A stretch of 64,000 bases of DNA from Octopus sinensis (Eukaryota): positions 20,336,001-20,400,000 of the forward strand of contig NC_043017.1 of NCBI RefSeq assembly GCF_006345805.1. Direction: 5' to 3'. Positions 61,621 to 64,000 of this stretch are shown here, one piece after another. Position 1 is the stretch's first letter, and each line of letters opens with the position of its first letter. The position numbers and the translations under genes are program-made. Below the pieces are notes generated by a model. It was given only the letters and a program-made list of their open reading frames with translations, was not told the DNA's origin and searched no databases.

Positions 61621-62060
61621 CACACTGCAATTCCCCAGACTCTACTTTGTCAATAAAACAGTTTGAAGGCACAATTGTGTTATGAAATATTTAAAACACA
61701 CATTTAAATGTCATTAGTTCTACACCAACATACTCTATAGTGACTGTACGGTTGTATGGTTGTGACGCTGTACTGTTTGTTAAAATTGGCTTCGTGAAAA
61801 AATTTCTGAGGTTCAGCGACATAAACGGTTTTTTAGTGAAATTTGATAAAATTTCATTCTATTCGAAGAATAATGTTTACCATGTTGATGTGGGTACATA
61901 CACACATACAAACATCATGAGGTATTGTCTGTTATACACATAAACGTTTTTGGTTTTATCTTTCATAACTTAAACAAGCTACACAAGCTCAATGTACAAA
62001 CAATTGACTCGTATCATTTCTTATAATTTGCAATGTTTTGGCTATATATATATATATGAA

Positions 62061-62443
62061 GGCACTCCGTCAGTTACGACGACGAGGGTTCCGGTTGATC
62101 CGAATCAACGGAACAGCCTGCTCGTGAAATCAACGTGTAAGTGGCTGAGCACTCCACAGACACGTGTACCTTAACGTAGTTATCGGGGATATTCAGGATG
62201 TGCACAGAGAGTGACAAGGCCGGCCCTTTGAAATACAGGTACAACCGAAAACAGGAAGTAAGAGTGAGAGAAGTTGTGGTGAAAGAGTACAGCAGGGATC
62301 ATCACCCCATCCCCTGCCAGAGACTTGTGGAGCTTTAGGTGTTTTCACTCAATAAACACTCACAACGCCCGGACTGGGAATCGAAACCGCGATCCTATGA
62401 CTGCGAGTTCGCTGCCCTAACCACTGGGCCATTGCGCCTCCAC
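62061..62443 (-). mobile_element. tRNA-derived SINE family D, young full-length copy
   Basis: Reverse complement starts gtggaggcgcaatggcccagtggttagggcagcgaactcgcagtcataggatcgcggtttcgattcccag (A and B boxes); ends gacggagtgcc + TA-rich tail; CpG retained. Confidence 0.85.
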
Positions 62444-62781
62444 ATCATCATCATCATCGTTTAGCGTCCGTTTTCCATGCTAGCATGGGTTGGAACGGTT
62501 CACTGGGTCTGTGAAGCCGAAGGCTTCATCAGGCCCAGTCAGATCTGGAGAGTTTCTACAGCTGGAGATGCCCTTCCTAACGCCAACCACACTTCCGTGA
62601 GTGTAGTGGGTGCCACGAACGGATGGTGCTTTTTATGTGGCCACCAGCACGGGGCCAGGCGAGGCTGTCAACGGACACGAACGGATGGTGCTTTTTACGT
62701 GCCACCGGCAACGAGGCCAGTCGGGGCGGCGCTGGCAATGGTCGCGAAACGGATGGTTCTCTTACATGCCACCGGCACTGG
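62443..62781 (-). mobile_element. RTE-tail SINE-like family C, young, ~4 internal units
   Basis: catcatcatcgtttagcgtccgttttccatgctagcatgggttgg...gatgcccttcctaacgccaacc...cggatggtgctttttacgtgccaccggc. Confidence 0.9.
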
Positions 62782-62996
62782 TATATATATATATATATTT
62801 ATATATATACATATATACATATATATATATATATATGGGAGAATGACCAACAAAGTTGGCCGTGGAGGTTAAGAATATAGTTGTGAAAGATGATGTTTAA
62901 GGTCAGCGACCTGGGTGAGACAGGTGTCTGCCAGACTGGTTCTTAGGTAGGCTGGAGCAGGGTATAGTTGGTATCTTATTATAGTGTATGTATGTA

Positions 62997-63322
62997 TCAT
63001 TATGTTACAAGGATGTTTGCAAAAGGGACATGGAGGCCTGCAACATCAATATTAGCAACTGGGACGCAGCTGCCAGCAACTGTGGAGATTGGCGATGTAC
63101 CGTAAAAGAGGGAACACAAAGGAGTGACAGAGAGAGAGAGGAGAAATGGAAAGACAAGAGAAGACGTCAACAAGAAACTATGACATTACAACCAGCCAGG
63201 AACAGTCTTCACTACATTTGCGGGACCTGCCAGGAGATGTATTAGGACATGAAATGTAAAAGCTGGACTAGATTATTTTATGCACAAATCCATTGTCTCC
63301 TGAGACAAAAAGGATGCCAACC
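62997..63322 (+). mobile_element. RTE-BovB-like LINE 3' remnant (ORF C-terminus plus 3' UTR), with an in-frame stop
   Basis: CYKDVCKRDMEACNINISNWDAAASNCGDWRCTVKEG...KRRRQ...YICGTCQEMY*DMKCKSWTRLFYAQIHC matches the YKDxxKRDM..W...A..R..WR and C-x2-C...H C-terminus of RTE-BovB; ends ccattgtctcctgagacaaaaaggatgccaac. Confidence 0.8.
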
Positions 63323-63679
63323 ACGTATCATTCAGAATCATTTGTGTTCACTTTTCCATTTTTACATGGACTTTGTTGAGGTAAAATTTCTACAGCTGGA
63401 TGCTCTTCCTGTCATCAAACTTCCCCTGTTTCCAAGCAAGGTAATATAGTAGTTTGTGGCTGGACATGTTTTCACAGAAGACTGGAAGTGAATGGCATGA
63501 TTTGTATGACTTATTTACGATGATCATGCAATGCTATGACAAAGATACACATGTGTACACACACACACACACACACGTACACAGAGGCACATGTATTTAT
63601 AATACAATATCTCATACACACAAACAGACAGACACACACACACACACACACATACACTGATGCATAACATGAATAAGAA

Positions 63680-63960
63680 TGAGAGAGCCAGAAAGAGAGA
63701 GAAAGAGAGAGAGAGAAAAAGAGGGAGAGAGAGAAAGAGAGGGAGAGAGAGAAAGAGAGGGAGGGAGAGAGAAAGAGAGGGAGGGAGGGAGAAAGAGAGG
63801 GAGAAAGAGAGAAAGAAGGAAAGAGAGAGAAAAATGAAAGAGGGTTTCAAAAAGAAAGATAATTCAAGAGAAGATAAGATAGAGGGGGGAAAATGGGAGA
63901 GTAAGAGAAAGGGAAATAATGAGAAGTAGAGAGGGAGAGAGAGATAGAGAAAGATAGAGA
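63680..63960. repeat. GA-rich tract with a ~16-bp gagagagaaagagagg unit
   Basis: Direct reading. Confidence 0.93.
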
Positions 63961-64000
63961 GATGCTCAGTTAATCCTCGTCTTAATGAAGATGACTCAGA

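Noticed and set aside
62515-62540. Minus-strand CTGATGA A GCC TTC GGC
   Set aside because: No GAAA follows; it is a mutated part of a family-C element
3-63929. The many 60-280-aa ORFs rich in YI/CV/HT/M/D/I/LS
   Set aside because: They are translations of TA, TG, GAT, AAT and GA microsatellites; no coding signal

Overview
Eukaryotic, AT-rich, extremely microsatellite- and SINE-dense DNA. The repeat landscape (tRNA-headed SINE families, RTE-type tails, long TA/CA/AAT/GAT tracts) looks like an octopus or other coleoid cephalopod genome; this is inference from pattern recognition, not a database hit. No protein-coding gene can be named. Nearly all ORFs in the supplied track are translations of microsatellites. 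The only recognisable protein remnants are two RTE-clade LINE C-terminal fragments (~29.45-29.6 kb, ~63.0-63.3 kb). A CpG-rich promoter-like island lies at ~10.6-10.8 kb, and several isolated AG/GT-bounded open segments are low-confidence exon candidates, so most of the window is probably intron or intergenic. The most interesting signal is a set of hammerhead ribozyme (HHR) folds read directly from the sequence: one near-canonical type I hammerhead at 34653-34695, four minimal or variant hammerheads inside short elements embedded in (TA)n tracts (12664-12698, 17281-17356, 17518-17555, 58869-58944), and a decayed minus-strand relative at 18658-18700. Together they suggest several families of microsatellite-targeted, ribozyme-carrying non-autonomous retroelements (Penelope-like/retrozyme type). 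The window also holds several long near-perfect fold-back elements, hAT/piggyBac/mariner MITEs with visible TSDs, and a ~560-bp (AAT)n-embedded element that recurs joined to the same SINE. Coordinates of decayed repeats are approximate (about +/-10-20 bp); hairpin, TSD and ribozyme coordinates were counted base by base.
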